Virus record (IMG/VR): IMGVR_UViG_2541047888_000009
Source: a virus
Taxonomy: Duplodnaviria; Heunggongvirae; Uroviricota; Caudoviricetes
Direction: 5' to 3' (one strand)
Length of the DNA: 40,155 bases
Position numbers and translations under genes: made by a program. Below are positions 27,238-35,298 of this stretch, in pieces. A model generated the notes under the pieces. It saw only the letters and a program-made list of their open reading frames with translations, did not search any database and was not told the DNA's origin. Each line of letters begins with the position of its first letter. The stretch's first letter is position 1.

Positions 27238-27343
27238 TCCACGCCAGATTGATTAATGACTCCCAGGCAATATAAACCCGGATACCAGCAGCCAGGCCGA
27301 AACCAATCACCATGGCATAAAGCAGAGCATTGCACTTGTTCAT
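27221..27343 (-). CDS. Possible 40-aa single-TM peptide
   Basis: ATG overlapping the upstream stop (ATGA); MNKCNALLYAMVIGFGLAAGIRVYIAW is hydrophobic. Short, so weakly supported. Confidence 0.3.
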   Translation of the reverse strand: MNKCNALLYAMVIGFGLAAGIRVYIAWESLINLAWSAIRG

Positions 27344-28101
27344 CACTTCACCTCCTGCGGCGGTTCCGGTAGCGGCATCCAGAACAAGGCGTTCCCTAAC
27401 CACGATAAAGTGCCGTCGCTCAACTCCACGTATTCCCCTTGTACCTGTCCTGCCATATACTCGCCGTGCTTTGAATAAATTAAAATCCAATCATCTTGAG
27501 CGGGCATTCGCTCACTACAGCTTATCCAACCATCCGGAGTTACCGGAGAGTTGCCAGCCTGAACAGTAGGCATATCAGGACCTTTGCGAATCGCCCTGGC
27601 AAGATCGATTGGGTCGTCGTACAACCAGTCACCTGTTTGCGGATGATTGGCTTCTGCCAATTGTGCAGCCCACTCCAGGCCGTCTTTGTGTCCTTGCAGA
27701 TAGTCCAGCGGTAACTCATCACTATTACTTACAGGTTCGGCCTGAAGCATGGCGGCGCGATAGGCGTTCCAGCCGACAGCTTTTCCGTGTTCAAACGCGC
27801 TGTCAAAGTCATCATCAATTTCCATCGCAGCGGGCACAGATACCGGCGCTGGCGGGGCGGTGTAAAGCGGCGTTACTTCTCGCAGCGGGTCGGCATAAGC
27901 ATTGCCACTATCGAAGCTGACGTTGTTTTTTGCCCCGCCTCCTGACAGCAACCACGCCACCGGCTCTGCTTCCAGCGATGTCAGCGCAATCCGCGCCAGT
28001 TCTTCCGCTTCTTCTGCTGGCAGTACAACGTTGCTACCAGGTCCGTATGTTTCGCGCCACTGCTTGATTGTCAGTAGTCGCTCTTTGGTAATAGTGATCA
28101 T
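27343..28101 (-). CDS. Hypothetical protein with DUF551-like C-terminal domain
   Basis: C-terminal segment DGWISCSERMPAQDDWILIY...WMPLPEPP resembles the DUF551 domain common in lambdoid early regions. Confidence 0.6.
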   Translation of the reverse strand: MITITKERLLTIKQWRETYGPGSNVVLPAEEAEELARIALTSLEAEPVAWLLSGGGAKNNVSFDSGNAYADPLREVTPLYTAPPAPVSVPAAMEIDDDFDSAFEHGKAVGWNAYRAAMLQAEPVSNSDELPLDYLQGHKDGLEWAAQLAEANHPQTGDWLYDDPIDLARAIRKGPDMPTVQAGNSPVTPDGWISCSERMPAQDDWILIYSKHGEYMAGQVQGEYVELSDGTLSWLGNALFWMPLPEPPQEVK

Positions 28102-28613
28102 GCCGCGTTTCCTTCTTTCTTATTAACAATTACACCGTCATATATTTCATTAAGGTGCCCTCTCAACTCCATGCGCCTTAATGCAGATAACATGTAATCG
28201 CATTCAACCTGCTTATTCCCAATAAAAGGTTTATCTTCAGGGTTACCCCAACAGCAATTCCCCTTGGGCCATCCATGTACTTTCCGTACTCTTCCGTTAA
28301 CAACGTGAAGTAATCCCCAGCCGGGAGGTAAATCCTCAACTGAAATAATTCCCGGCTCACTAATAAAGAATCGCCAGTCGCCCATTCCAAGAGATGGATT
28401 TTTACGAAAACGCTTTTTTCTATCTGCCAACAAGTCAGCACGAGAACACTTCGCCTCTATCAGGCATGATGCTGAATTTCTGAACCCCATAGCATCTGGC
28501 TGTTCTCCGGTACTGGTTACAGCTATAAAGCGGTCATGAAAACAAACCTTGAACCCGTTGCGCTTAAGGAACTTATACGCAATCTGACAGAGTTCGCGGT
28601 GTGTTAACGCCAT
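28098..28613 (-). CDS. Hypothetical protein with a possible PD-(D/E)xK nuclease-like motif
   Basis: Start at ATG 28613 with AAGGAG RBS; motif ...GEQPD...CLIEAKCS... fits a PD-ExK arrangement. Speculative. Confidence 0.5.
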   Translation of the reverse strand: MALTHRELCQIAYKFLKRNGFKVCFHDRFIAVTSTGEQPDAMGFRNSASCLIEAKCSRADLLADRKKRFRKNPSLGMGDWRFFISEPGIISVEDLPPGWGLLHVVNGRVRKVHGWPKGNCCWGNPEDKPFIGNKQVECDYMLSALRRMELRGHLNEIYDGVIVNKKEGNAA

Positions 28614-28614
28614 A

Positions 28615-28803
28615 TCACTCTCCTTTAGTGCGCAAGTGGTTTTTCCAGCGGTTTTGCGCCGCGCTGGGCTTTTTGCAAAAACCACAATCCATCATCCCGT
28701 AATATTTCATCAACCCCATCCGTCGGTTGCTGAGTCTCACCCACTGCCAGACGCCAGGAGCGTTTCTACGAACTAACAGAATCTTTGCTTTACGGTTTTT
28801 CAT
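28615..28803 (-). CDS. Small basic protein (62 aa), paralog B of a tandem pair
   Basis: Begins MKNRKAKILLVRR; start overlaps the upstream stop (ATGA); shares N-terminal heptapeptide and about 20 nt of start-region DNA with 28800..28976. Confidence 0.4.
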   Translation of the reverse strand: MKNRKAKILLVRRNAPGVWQWVRLSNRRMGLMKYYGMMDCGFCKKPSAAQNRWKNHLRTKGE

Positions 28804-28976
28804 CTTACAGCGTACCCTTTCTTCCGCCTGTTCTGTGACGCAGTAGGCTTACGCTTTGCGGCAAAAGCCACCTGACCAAATGGATGGAGTACCGCTATCT
28901 TATGGTTGCTAATAACCAGCTCCACCACACGCACAGGTCGCTGTAAAAAAAGTCGTTTTGCCTTACGGTTTTTCAT
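28800..28976 (-). CDS. Small basic protein (58 aa), paralog A of a tandem pair
   Basis: Hand translation: MKNRKAKRLFLQRPVRVVELVISNHKIAVLHPFGQVAFAAKRKPTASQNRRKKGYAVR; ATGA overlaps at both ends. Not in the supplied ORF track (under its length cutoff). Confidence 0.4.
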   Translation of the reverse strand: MKNRKAKRLFLQRPVRVVELVISNHKIAVLHPFGQVAFAAKRKPTASQNRRKKGYAVR

Positions 28977-29149
28977 CGCTTTGCTCTCCTGCGTCTCTTT
29001 GCTGCTCGTCGTGCCGCTGCAATACCGGTATGGCGGCGCTTTGGTGACGGGATGATGTTGTCAGCCATCAGTACATGTGGCTTTGCAATTAGCGCAGAAG
29101 CCCAAAAACGAGTCGGGTACGGTAACAAGCCGATACATGCCACACGCAT
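28973..29149 (-). CDS. Small protein (58 aa) with an extremely basic C-terminus
   Basis: Hand translation: MRVACIGLLPYPTRFWASALIAKPHVLMADNIIPSPKRRHTGIAAARRAAKRRRRAKR; GGAGG RBS; TAATG overlap with the upstream stop. Confidence 0.35.
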   Translation of the reverse strand: MRVACIGLLPYPTRFWASALIAKPHVLMADNIIPSPKRRHTGIAAARRAAKRRRRAKR

Positions 29150-29742
29150 TACTCACCTCCTTTGATGCGAATGCCAGCGGTGCGTGGCACATTAACTTCC
29201 ACGATGCGCACAGTTGGTTTGTACATCTCAATCGCTGTCAGCCAGTCAGCGCCAGTCATGCGCTTTTCTGCATCGCCATTAGTCCAATTAACCGGTACAC
29301 CAATAGCCTTCATCGCGATTTCTATTTCCCCGGCAATGGCGCTTTTTCCGCAACCAGTAAAACCAGATACAACGACCAGAACTTCACCTTTGGCTGGTTT
29401 TATTTCCCGCGCTTCCAGTTCTGCTATGCGCTTACTTCCATCCGAGATAACACCTTCGTAATACTCACGCTGCTCGTTGAGTTTTGATTTTGTCTCCTCA
29501 AGCTCAACTCTCAGCTTCCCTACCGTTAGCGCAATATCCTCGTTCTCCTGGTCGCGGCGTTTGATGTATTGCTGGTTTCTTTCCAGTTCATCCAGCAGTG
29601 CCAGCGCGATATCTGGCGAAAAGTGCTTCATAAAATCGTTAAGCGCATTAATTCGCTGATCGAAGGGCATTACAGGTGCTTCACCAGCAATTTTTGTTTT
29701 TTCAGCGATTTCACGAAGCTTTTGATAATCAATCTTGCTCAC
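29149..29742 (-). CDS. Ea22-like coiled-coil protein
   Basis: N-terminus MSKIDYQKLREIAEK and a long coiled-coil region, as in lambdoid ead/Ea22 proteins. Confidence 0.55.
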   Translation of the reverse strand: MSKIDYQKLREIAEKTKIAGEAPVMPFDQRINALNDFMKHFSPDIALALLDELERNQQYIKRRDQENEDIALTVGKLRVELEETKSKLNEQREYYEGVISDGSKRIAELEAREIKPAKGEVLVVVSGFTGCGKSAIAGEIEIAMKAIGVPVNWTNGDAEKRMTGADWLTAIEMYKPTVRIVEVNVPRTAGIRIKGGE

Positions 29743-30494
29743 TGGTTGCCTCCTTTGCGAAGCTGGGCAGCAAAGTCAACTAACCACTCAGTCATTTCAA
29801 CCTTCCCTACCAGGTCTGAACCAGGGTGCATACAGCAATCACTCTGCGCCGCTTTGAAATCCTTATACTCATATTCTTGGGCCACCAGATTTTTTGCAGC
29901 TTCTATAGCAGCATCCACGCCCTGCGCCCGCACTTCAGCCAGGAAAGCATCGGTGGCTGGGATTTCGACATTAGGTCGAAGCTCATAATCACAAACTCTT
30001 TCAATCCATGGTGATACTCTGTCGCATTTCCTCTTCTTGCGTTCACCGACCTTGGTTGCCTGCTGAATAATTACCCCCCAGCAAATGCTTTCGACCTCTT
30101 CGCTCCATCCATCGCAAGCATCGCCTCTATAGTCGTCAATTGCAGCCTCAGCAGCAGCGATAGCCTCCTCAGCAGTTTTGTGACACTCGAAACTAAATTC
30201 AGAGCCATATGAGAAATACATAGCCCCGGCCTTCAGCGCCGCATTCTCAGCCGCCAGCGCCGAAAACTTCTCGTGTGCCAACTTAACAGCCGAATCAGCC
30301 TGCTTAATTGACTCAATCGCTTTCTGCTGGTCTTCGGCCAGCGCATTAGCACGCGCCAGTTGCACTTCCAGTTGCGTTGCCAAATCGCTGATCAGCTTTG
30401 CCACACTACGCATATCAACGGCACCACATTCTGCTTTCAGTTCCGAAGCCATCTCATGCCCGGCGGCAACTAACCCTTTGATATTACTTTCCAT
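29739..30494 (-). CDS. Ea22-like protein
   Basis: Coiled-coil N-terminal half plus Cys-containing C-terminal half; tandem with the preceding Ea22-like gene. Confidence 0.55.
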   Translation of the reverse strand: MESNIKGLVAAGHEMASELKAECGAVDMRSVAKLISDLATQLEVQLARANALAEDQQKAIESIKQADSAVKLAHEKFSALAAENAALKAGAMYFSYGSEFSFECHKTAEEAIAAAEAAIDDYRGDACDGWSEEVESICWGVIIQQATKVGERKKRKCDRVSPWIERVCDYELRPNVEIPATDAFLAEVRAQGVDAAIEAAKNLVAQEYEYKDFKAAQSDCCMHPGSDLVGKVEMTEWLVDFAAQLRKGGNQ

Positions 30495-30555
30495 CTTTAC
30501 CCTCGCTTATCCACATAACTTATTGATTACATTGATAACTAAAAAGATCGTCGAT

Positions 30556-30900
30556 TCAGAACTCTTCGATGTTCCAGCCACCACCTGCTTTCTTTGGTTT
30601 AACCGTTACCCCGATGATTCGGAACGGATACTGATCTGCGGCGACTTTGGTTTTCACCCTGGCGTCGTCGGTCCAGAAACCTTTCACTTCGTGCAGTTCC
30701 ATCTCTCCGGTGGCGAGCATCACAGCGAAATCGGGCGTATAGAACGTGTTGTCAGCTAACCGCAACTTGATACCCTCGAATCGATACCAGGCGATTTCCC
30801 CTGCACGTTTACGCTGCTCAAGGTGCTGGCAATACGCAGATTCTGTTTTGTTCATCTGGCCTGTTTTGAGTCGACCAAGAGCCTGTATCTGTTTTCTCAT
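30556..30900 (-). CDS. DUF1064-like phage protein
   Basis: 114 aa; pattern SKxEAxYxxxLE...GEIxxWxFE...YTPDFxV...ExHEVKG matches recalled DUF1064 sequences. Confidence 0.55.
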   Translation of the reverse strand: MRKQIQALGRLKTGQMNKTESAYCQHLEQRKRAGEIAWYRFEGIKLRLADNTFYTPDFAVMLATGEMELHEVKGFWTDDARVKTKVAADQYPFRIIGVTVKPKKAGGGWNIEEF

Positions 30901-30903
30901 GAT

Positions 30904-30980
30904 TTACCTCTAAGGTAATTAAAAACCACATAAGACACGAAATCAATAGAGTTTAGAATGTTTTGTTACCTGATAGGTAA
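30904..30980 (-). promoter_or_regulatory. Internal promoter flanked by two operator palindromes (30904..30918 TTACCTCTAAGGTAA; 30966..30980 TTACCTGATAGGTAA)
   Basis: On the minus strand: -35 TTGATT, 17-bp spacer, -10 TTTAAT, with one operator over the -10/+1 and one upstream of the -35. Confidence 0.5.
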
Positions 30981-30992
30981 TTATTGAGACGT

Positions 30993-31012
30993 AAAAAAAT
31001 GCGCTATCGCGC
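30993..31012 (-). terminator. Terminator-like hairpin after the P-like gene
   Basis: Minus strand GCGCGATAGCGC hairpin followed by TTTTTTT. Confidence 0.45.
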
Positions 31013-31017
31013 TGGTA

Positions 31018-31818
31018 TTACTTGATAAATCCTGCCGCCTTTCCCCGCCTGTATTCCTCCATCAGCCACTGCGCCGGTGTTATTCCCCCCAGGGTAGCGG
31101 CGTTAGGCATACACCCGAAACTTCGCCCTGGTGGATGGTAAACGTCTCTCCCTGTGTCCGGAGGCGTACTCATGGGCTCTGGCTTTGCCTGTATGCTGAT
31201 CACCGGATCGGGTATCTGCTGTCCGGAAGCCACCTTTTTCGCCCAATCATCGAGCAGCCTGCGTGCGTGTTTCTCAACCTCAATCTCGCTAAGCTGGCGC
31301 TGATACATTGCACGGCGGGTATCACATACGACCCAGTACATAACCGGATGTCGCCACGGGAATCTTTCGGGACCACCAGGATATAAACTTTTTTCCTTGC
31401 TGTACCGGTGAAACTCCGCCATCACATCGTCAATGGTGACGCCAAGAACCATCTTGCTGTCTTTACACCACTTGATAAATTGCCCTGGAGACGGCCAGAA
31501 CGGAGATTCACTGGCGCGGGCGTGGCGCATACCAGCAGAAACCTGTTCACGGGTTCGGATCCCCCCTTCGGCAAACGCAGCAATCCACTGCTGTTTTGCA
31601 GCAACTTCCTGCTCTGGCGTCTTCAGGTTGGTTACCACTGCCGCCGGAAACAGTTGTTTCAACTGTTTGAAAAGGGCATCAACAAGCCTCTCTGCTGACA
31701 TGTTCACTACGTTGTCATTGTTGGTGTACTGATGCTCATAACCTGACATGCGAGAAAGGGCTTCTCCGTCACGGTTTTGTATCGCGGTAAAAACGTTGTT
31801 CACAAGAAATCCTCCCAT
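31018..31818 (-). CDS. Replication protein P-like (helicase loader)
   Basis: Segment QQWIAAFAEGGIRTREQVSAGMRHARASESPFWPSPGQFIKWCK aligns by eye with lambda P (RRQWVLAFRENGITTMEQVNAGMRVARRQNRPFLPSPGQFVAWCR). Confidence 0.8.
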   Translation of the reverse strand: MGGFLVNNVFTAIQNRDGEALSRMSGYEHQYTNNDNVVNMSAERLVDALFKQLKQLFPAAVVTNLKTPEQEVAAKQQWIAAFAEGGIRTREQVSAGMRHARASESPFWPSPGQFIKWCKDSKMVLGVTIDDVMAEFHRYSKEKSLYPGGPERFPWRHPVMYWVVCDTRRAMYQRQLSEIEVEKHARRLLDDWAKKVASGQQIPDPVISIQAKPEPMSTPPDTGRDVYHPPGRSFGCMPNAATLGGITPAQWLMEEYRRGKAAGFIK

Positions 31819-32615
31819 GCTTCAGGGCTGTTCCAGTGCGGAACGTTGTTATCAGGTAATGTTGATTGCTTCTGTCTGCTAATCTGCAGCCGCCTTGCCA
31901 GCTTCTGCTCCCACTGTGCCTGATGGTATGCCTTACCCTCAGCCATCCAGTAAATTCTGAACTCTGCAAGTTCCTGTGCCGTTGGCAGACTGTCCAGGTA
32001 GATCCCCTGCAATGAGCTTTTCCGAAGAAAGTCATCTGATGGTTGCCATTGTTCATGCATGACAAATTTGCCTAATTGCCCTGGCCCACCAGGAGGAACA
32101 AAGTTATTCATCACGGCGTTGTTTGCGCCGGGGTCATGAGGCACAGAATCCCCGCTTTTTGTCCTGCTCTCCCTCTCTTGGTTAAATGACTGGTTATATG
32201 ACTGGTTCTGGATCCCGTTTTTGGGATCATTCAACATCCCGTTTTTGGGATCATTCAACATCCCGTTTTTGGGTATATTCCCGTTTTCGGTAACATTACC
32301 GTTTTCGGGTTCATTACCCCCTTCCCGGTTGCCTTTAATGTTCCCGTTTTTGGTTATATTAAGAGAGAAAACCCGCACTCTTTTCGTCGCTCCCTTTCTC
32401 TCTCCGGTATCTGAAATAAGCCCCATTTTCATGAGCGATATAAGCCCGGCCTGCACGGTTTTTTTATTCAGGCAAGTGTCTTTAACGAGGCGTTCTATGC
32501 TGGGGTAGCAGAGGTTATATTCATCGGCTCTGTCAGCCATCGAGAGCAGTATGAGCTTTAATGACGAGCTACCTGGATCTGTCTCCCAGGCCCAATCTGT
32601 TGCATGTCTGCTCAT
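31800..32615 (-). CDS. Replication initiator, O-like (N-terminal winged-helix domain, repeat-encoded linker, DnaT-like C-terminus)
   Basis: GGAG RBS; N-terminal LKLILLSMADRADEYNLCYPSIERLVKDT...; internal Asn/Gly repeats encoded by the iteron DNA; immediately upstream of and overlapping the P-like gene. Confidence 0.7.
   Translation of the reverse strand: MSRHATDWAWETDPGSSSLKLILLSMADRADEYNLCYPSIERLVKDTCLNKKTVQAGLISLMKMGLISDTGERKGATKRVRVFSLNITKNGNIKGNREGGNEPENGNVTENGNIPKNGMLNDPKNGMLNDPKNGIQNQSYNQSFNQERESRTKSGDSVPHDPGANNAVMNNFVPPGGPGQLGKFVMHEQWQPSDDFLRKSSLQGIYLDSLPTAQELAEFRIYWMAEGKAYHQAQWEQKLARRLQISRQKQSTLPDNNVPHWNSPEAWEDFL
32212..32360. repeat. Iteron-like direct repeats (candidate replication origin) inside the O-like gene
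   Basis: ATCCCGTTTTTGGGATCATTCAAC appears twice exactly in tandem, followed by degenerate copies (CCCGTTTTTGGGTATATTC, CCGTTTTCGGTAACATTAC, CGTTTTCGGGTTCATTACC, CCCGTTTTTGGTTATATT). Confidence 0.6.
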
Positions 32616-32630
32616 GATTAATCTCCGCTA

Positions 32631-32831
32631 TCAGCTTGAATGTTGTGGGGAGGAATTAATCATGATCTGCTTAATCTCTGCCCTGATACGACGGTTTGAT
32701 TCCATGGTGCACTCAACACAGTGTCCGTTGTAAACCCAGCGTTCACTGTCATGTCCGTGCTTACATGTTTTTCCGGTGTAGTAGCGTTTAAGTCCGCGCT
32801 TTGCGGCATCAATACGTGTAATGATTTCCAT
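32631..32831 (-). CDS. Small Cys/His-rich protein (about 66 aa) after the Cro-like gene
   Basis: ATG at 32831 (MEIITRIDAAKRGLKRYYTGKTCKHGHDSERWVYNGHCVEC...); weak RBS; function unknown. Confidence 0.4.
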   Translation of the reverse strand: MEIITRIDAAKRGLKRYYTGKTCKHGHDSERWVYNGHCVECTMESNRRIRAEIKQIMINSSPQHSS

Positions 32832-32911
32832 GGTAAGCCCTGTTATTAGTATTGGGATTACGGTTATTTTGTGCTGACACAAAAAAAAGATCAACCATAT
32901 TTGGTTTTTTA

Positions 32912-32926
32912 TTACCTTTGAGGTAC
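32912..32926. promoter_or_regulatory. Operator palindrome copy (TTACCTTTGAGGTAC) downstream of the Cro-like gene
   Basis: 14/15 match to the operator consensus, next to the terminator-like hairpin. Confidence 0.45.
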
Positions 32927-32934
32927 GAATAGAT

Positions 32935-32960
32935 ATGAAAAGACCGCCGGATGGCGGTCT
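32935..32960 (-). terminator. tR1-like terminator hairpin downstream of the Cro-like gene
   Basis: AGACCGCC-GGAT-GGCGGTCT stem-loop followed on the minus strand by TTTTCA (short U-tract). Confidence 0.4.
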
Positions 32961-32981
32961 ACAGAGGGTTGTGGCTGGATA

Positions 32982-33212
32982 TCATGAGTAGAAGAAGTAT
33001 GCCAGTTCTGCTTTTGAGCGCAGCCATTGTCTTGATTTACAGGCTTTAAAAAGCCCATCCATCAATACCTTACCTGGCATTTTGCGCTTACCTGTTAAGT
33101 GAGTCTGGATATAGTGACTCGTCGTTCCGGCTTCCTGTGCGAAGGCTTCACGCTCATCCGGAGTAAGTGCAAGCCAGTGCTTTTTGAAATCGAAATGTCC
33201 GTTATCGCTCAT
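32982..33212 (-). CDS. Cro-like HTH regulator
   Basis: 76 aa, divergent from the repressor gene across the operator cluster; HTH-like segment REAFAQEAGTTSHYIQTHLTGKRK. Confidence 0.55.
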   Translation of the reverse strand: MSDNGHFDFKKHWLALTPDEREAFAQEAGTTSHYIQTHLTGKRKMPGKVLMDGLFKACKSRQWLRSKAELAYFFYS

Positions 33213-33237
33213 AGCTATTGCCTGATATTTATTTCAG

Positions 33238-33311
33238 ATAATAAATATTCACCTATAAGGTAACAAAAATCAAGGATAGTTACCCATGAGGTGCATTTAC
33301 CTGTTGGGTAA
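33238..33311. promoter_or_regulatory. OR-like region: three operator palindromes (33249..33263, 33280..33294, 33297..33311) and a PR-like promoter reading leftward
   Basis: Sites TCACCTATAAGGTAA, TTACCCATGAGGTGC, TTACCTGTTGGGTAA; on the minus strand -35 TTGTTA (33261..33266), 17-bp spacer, -10 TATTAT (33238..33243), about 25 bp before the Cro-like ATG. Confidence 0.65.
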
Positions 33312-33366
33312 TATTGCTTTAAATTGAATCATCTACTGATTCATATATGAGGCGATTTTCCAGAAA

Positions 33367-33951
33367 ATGAAAAGTATCCAGGACGTCCGCAGGCAAAATC
33401 TCAACGACTTGATCGACCGTGAATTCAATGGTGTTCAGACGCGGATGGCCGAAAAACTTGGAACTCAGGCAAATCTGGTAAACCGCTGGGCTCTTGGTAA
33501 GAAGGTTATCGGCGATCAGGTTGCGCGAAAAATTGAAGCTGCCGCCAATAAACCCCGTAACTGGCTTGATATCGATCGCTCGCTTTCTCAGGAAGGTTTT
33601 CAGCCTGTCGGCCCAAGCGACATTGGCCAGCTGGCGGCTCACAACCTGGAACGCTGGATGAGCGAAAGCCGCGACCTTTCAACACAGGGAAAACTTCACC
33701 GCGCATCCGGCGTAGCCCAGGTGACAATCAGCCGCCTGTTAAACAATGAGGTCAGCGTTTCCATTTCCACCCTGGAGAATGTTGCATCTGCATTCGGGCG
33801 TCACGGATATGAACTACTGATTCACCCGCACGACCCTGCAACTATCAACTATGACCGCTCGCGCTACGCATTGTTACCTGAAACAGAGAAAGCAAAGATC
33901 GAAAGTTACATTGAATTTGTCATCAACCAGAACGAAAAAAGCAAACAATAA
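33367..33951 (+). CDS. Prophage repressor (CI-like), tandem XRE-type HTH domains, no recognisable S24 peptidase domain
   Basis: Two HTH-like segments (QTRMAEKLGTQANLVNRWALGKK and ASGVAQVTISRLLNNEVSVSISTLENVASAFG); sits between operator clusters, divergent from the Cro-like gene; terminator follows; no SD before the ATG. Confidence 0.65.
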   Translation: MKSIQDVRRQNLNDLIDREFNGVQTRMAEKLGTQANLVNRWALGKKVIGDQVARKIEAAANKPRNWLDIDRSLSQEGFQPVGPSDIGQLAAHNLERWMSESRDLSTQGKLHRASGVAQVTISRLLNNEVSVSISTLENVASAFGRHGYELLIHPHDPATINYDRSRYALLPETEKAKIESYIEFVINQNEKSKQ

Positions 33952-33971
33952 AACTATAGTTTTCAGCAAGT

Positions 33972-33997
33972 AAGCCGCCTCATGGCGGCTTTTTTAT
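33972..33997 (+). terminator. Rho-independent terminator after the repressor gene
   Basis: AAGCCGCC-TCAT-GGCGGCTT followed by TTTTTATT. Confidence 0.7.
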
Positions 33998-34008
33998 TGC
34001 CAGATAGA

Positions 34009-34085
34009 TTACCTTACGGGTAATTTTTTTAACTCATATCTATTGACACCAAACCAAATAAGCATAATTATTACCTCAACGGTAA
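34009..34085 (+). promoter_or_regulatory. OL/PL-like region: operators at 34009..34023 (TTACCTTACGGGTAA) and 34071..34085 (TTACCTCAACGGTAA) flanking a -35 TTGACA (34043..34048)
   Basis: Consensus -35, AT-rich -10 region (CATAATTAT) about 16 bp downstream, operator over the +1 region; heads the rightward early operon. Confidence 0.6.
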
Positions 34086-34104
34086 CAGACCGAGGTAACA
34101 AGTT

Positions 34105-34254
34105 ATGCAGTGGAAAATCATCAACGGTTGGTACTGCGTTACTGCATGCGGATTCATGAGCTGGAAGTTCCGCACCTTACAGGAAGGCATCAAGTGGGCT
34201 TTCATCAGCAAAGAAGCTCGCGATGTGGCAAACGATAACGAGATATGGGAGTAG
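34105..34254 (+). CDS. First small gene of the early-left operon (49 aa)
   Basis: GAGGTAA RBS; hand translation MQWKIINGWYCVTACGFMSWKFRTLQEGIKWAFISKEARDVANDNEIWE; below the ORF-track cutoff. Confidence 0.4.
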   Translation: MQWKIINGWYCVTACGFMSWKFRTLQEGIKWAFISKEARDVANDNEIWE

Positions 34255-34262
34255 GTTAGCAA

Positions 34263-35297
34263 ATGAGTGAATTATCAATCATCGAAATCACACCAGACAT
34301 GGCACCAAGAATTTACGTTGAAAAAGGGCTGGAAAAGTTTCTCGAGCAGATCCGTGAAGGTGTTAATGAAGTGCCTGACATTAGCACAGACAAAGGCAGA
34401 AAGCGCATTGCATCTCTGGCTGCGAAGGTTTCAAGAAGTAAAACAGCGGTAGAAAAACCAGGACGTGATTATCTGAAACGCCTGAAAGAACAGCCGAAAG
34501 TAGTTGAAGCAGAGTTACGACGCTTCGTAACCGAATGCGATCGGCTTCGTGATGAAGTACGCCGCCCACTCACCGAGTGGGAAAATGCTGAGAAATTACG
34601 CACTGAAGCACTGCAACAACGCCTGACAAATTTGCGAGCACTAGCTGACGTGATCGATCTCTCCGGAAACTATTTGCCATCATCTGATATTCAGGAACGA
34701 ATTCAAGAGGCTAAATCAGTAGCACTTGATGAAAGTTGGCAGGAGTACGCAGCAGAAGCTGGAGTAGCCAAGGATTCAACCATCCAGAAACTGGAAGAAT
34801 CACTCGCAGTAGCTCAAAAACGCGAGCATGAAGCCGCTGAGCTGGAGCGACTTCGCAAAGAAGCGGAGGAAAAAGCGCGCATTGAGCGAGAAGAGAATAT
34901 CCGACGGGAAGCTGCTGAACAGGCCAGGCTCGAAGCTGAACAAAAAGCGAAAGCTGAAATTGAGGCTGCGGCACGCCTGGCGGCGGAAGAAAAAGCACGT
35001 GCTGAAGTAGCAGAACGTCAGCGAATTGAAGCAGAGCAGCGTGCACGACGCGAAAAAGAAGAAGCCGTTGCCGAGGAACGCCGACGCCAAGAGGCGGCAG
35101 AAAAAGCCCGCCTTGACGAACAGAAGCGTATCGCCGACGAAGAAGCGCGCCGAGCTGCAGATAAAGAGCATCGCCGTACCGTTAACCGCAGAGTAATCGC
35201 AGATCTGATAGCCCAAGGCATTCACGAAGAATTCGCGCAGAAAGCAATGTTGGCTATCGCTGGCGGCAAAGTGCAGGACGCGTATATCAAATATTGA
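34263..35297 (+). CDS. Coiled-coil protein with a TolA-like Glu/Arg/Lys/Ala-rich helical repeat region
   Basis: 344 aa; central low-complexity region (ERLRKEAEEKARIEREENIRREAAEQARLEAEQKAKAEIEAAARLAAEEKARAE...). Confidence 0.6.
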   Translation: MSELSIIEITPDMAPRIYVEKGLEKFLEQIREGVNEVPDISTDKGRKRIASLAAKVSRSKTAVEKPGRDYLKRLKEQPKVVEAELRRFVTECDRLRDEVRRPLTEWENAEKLRTEALQQRLTNLRALADVIDLSGNYLPSSDIQERIQEAKSVALDESWQEYAAEAGVAKDSTIQKLEESLAVAQKREHEAAELERLRKEAEEKARIEREENIRREAAEQARLEAEQKAKAEIEAAARLAAEEKARAEVAERQRIEAEQRARREKEEAVAEERRRQEAAEKARLDEQKRIADEEARRAADKEHRRTVNRRVIADLIAQGIHEEFAQKAMLAIAGGKVQDAYIKY

Positions 35298-35298
35298 G

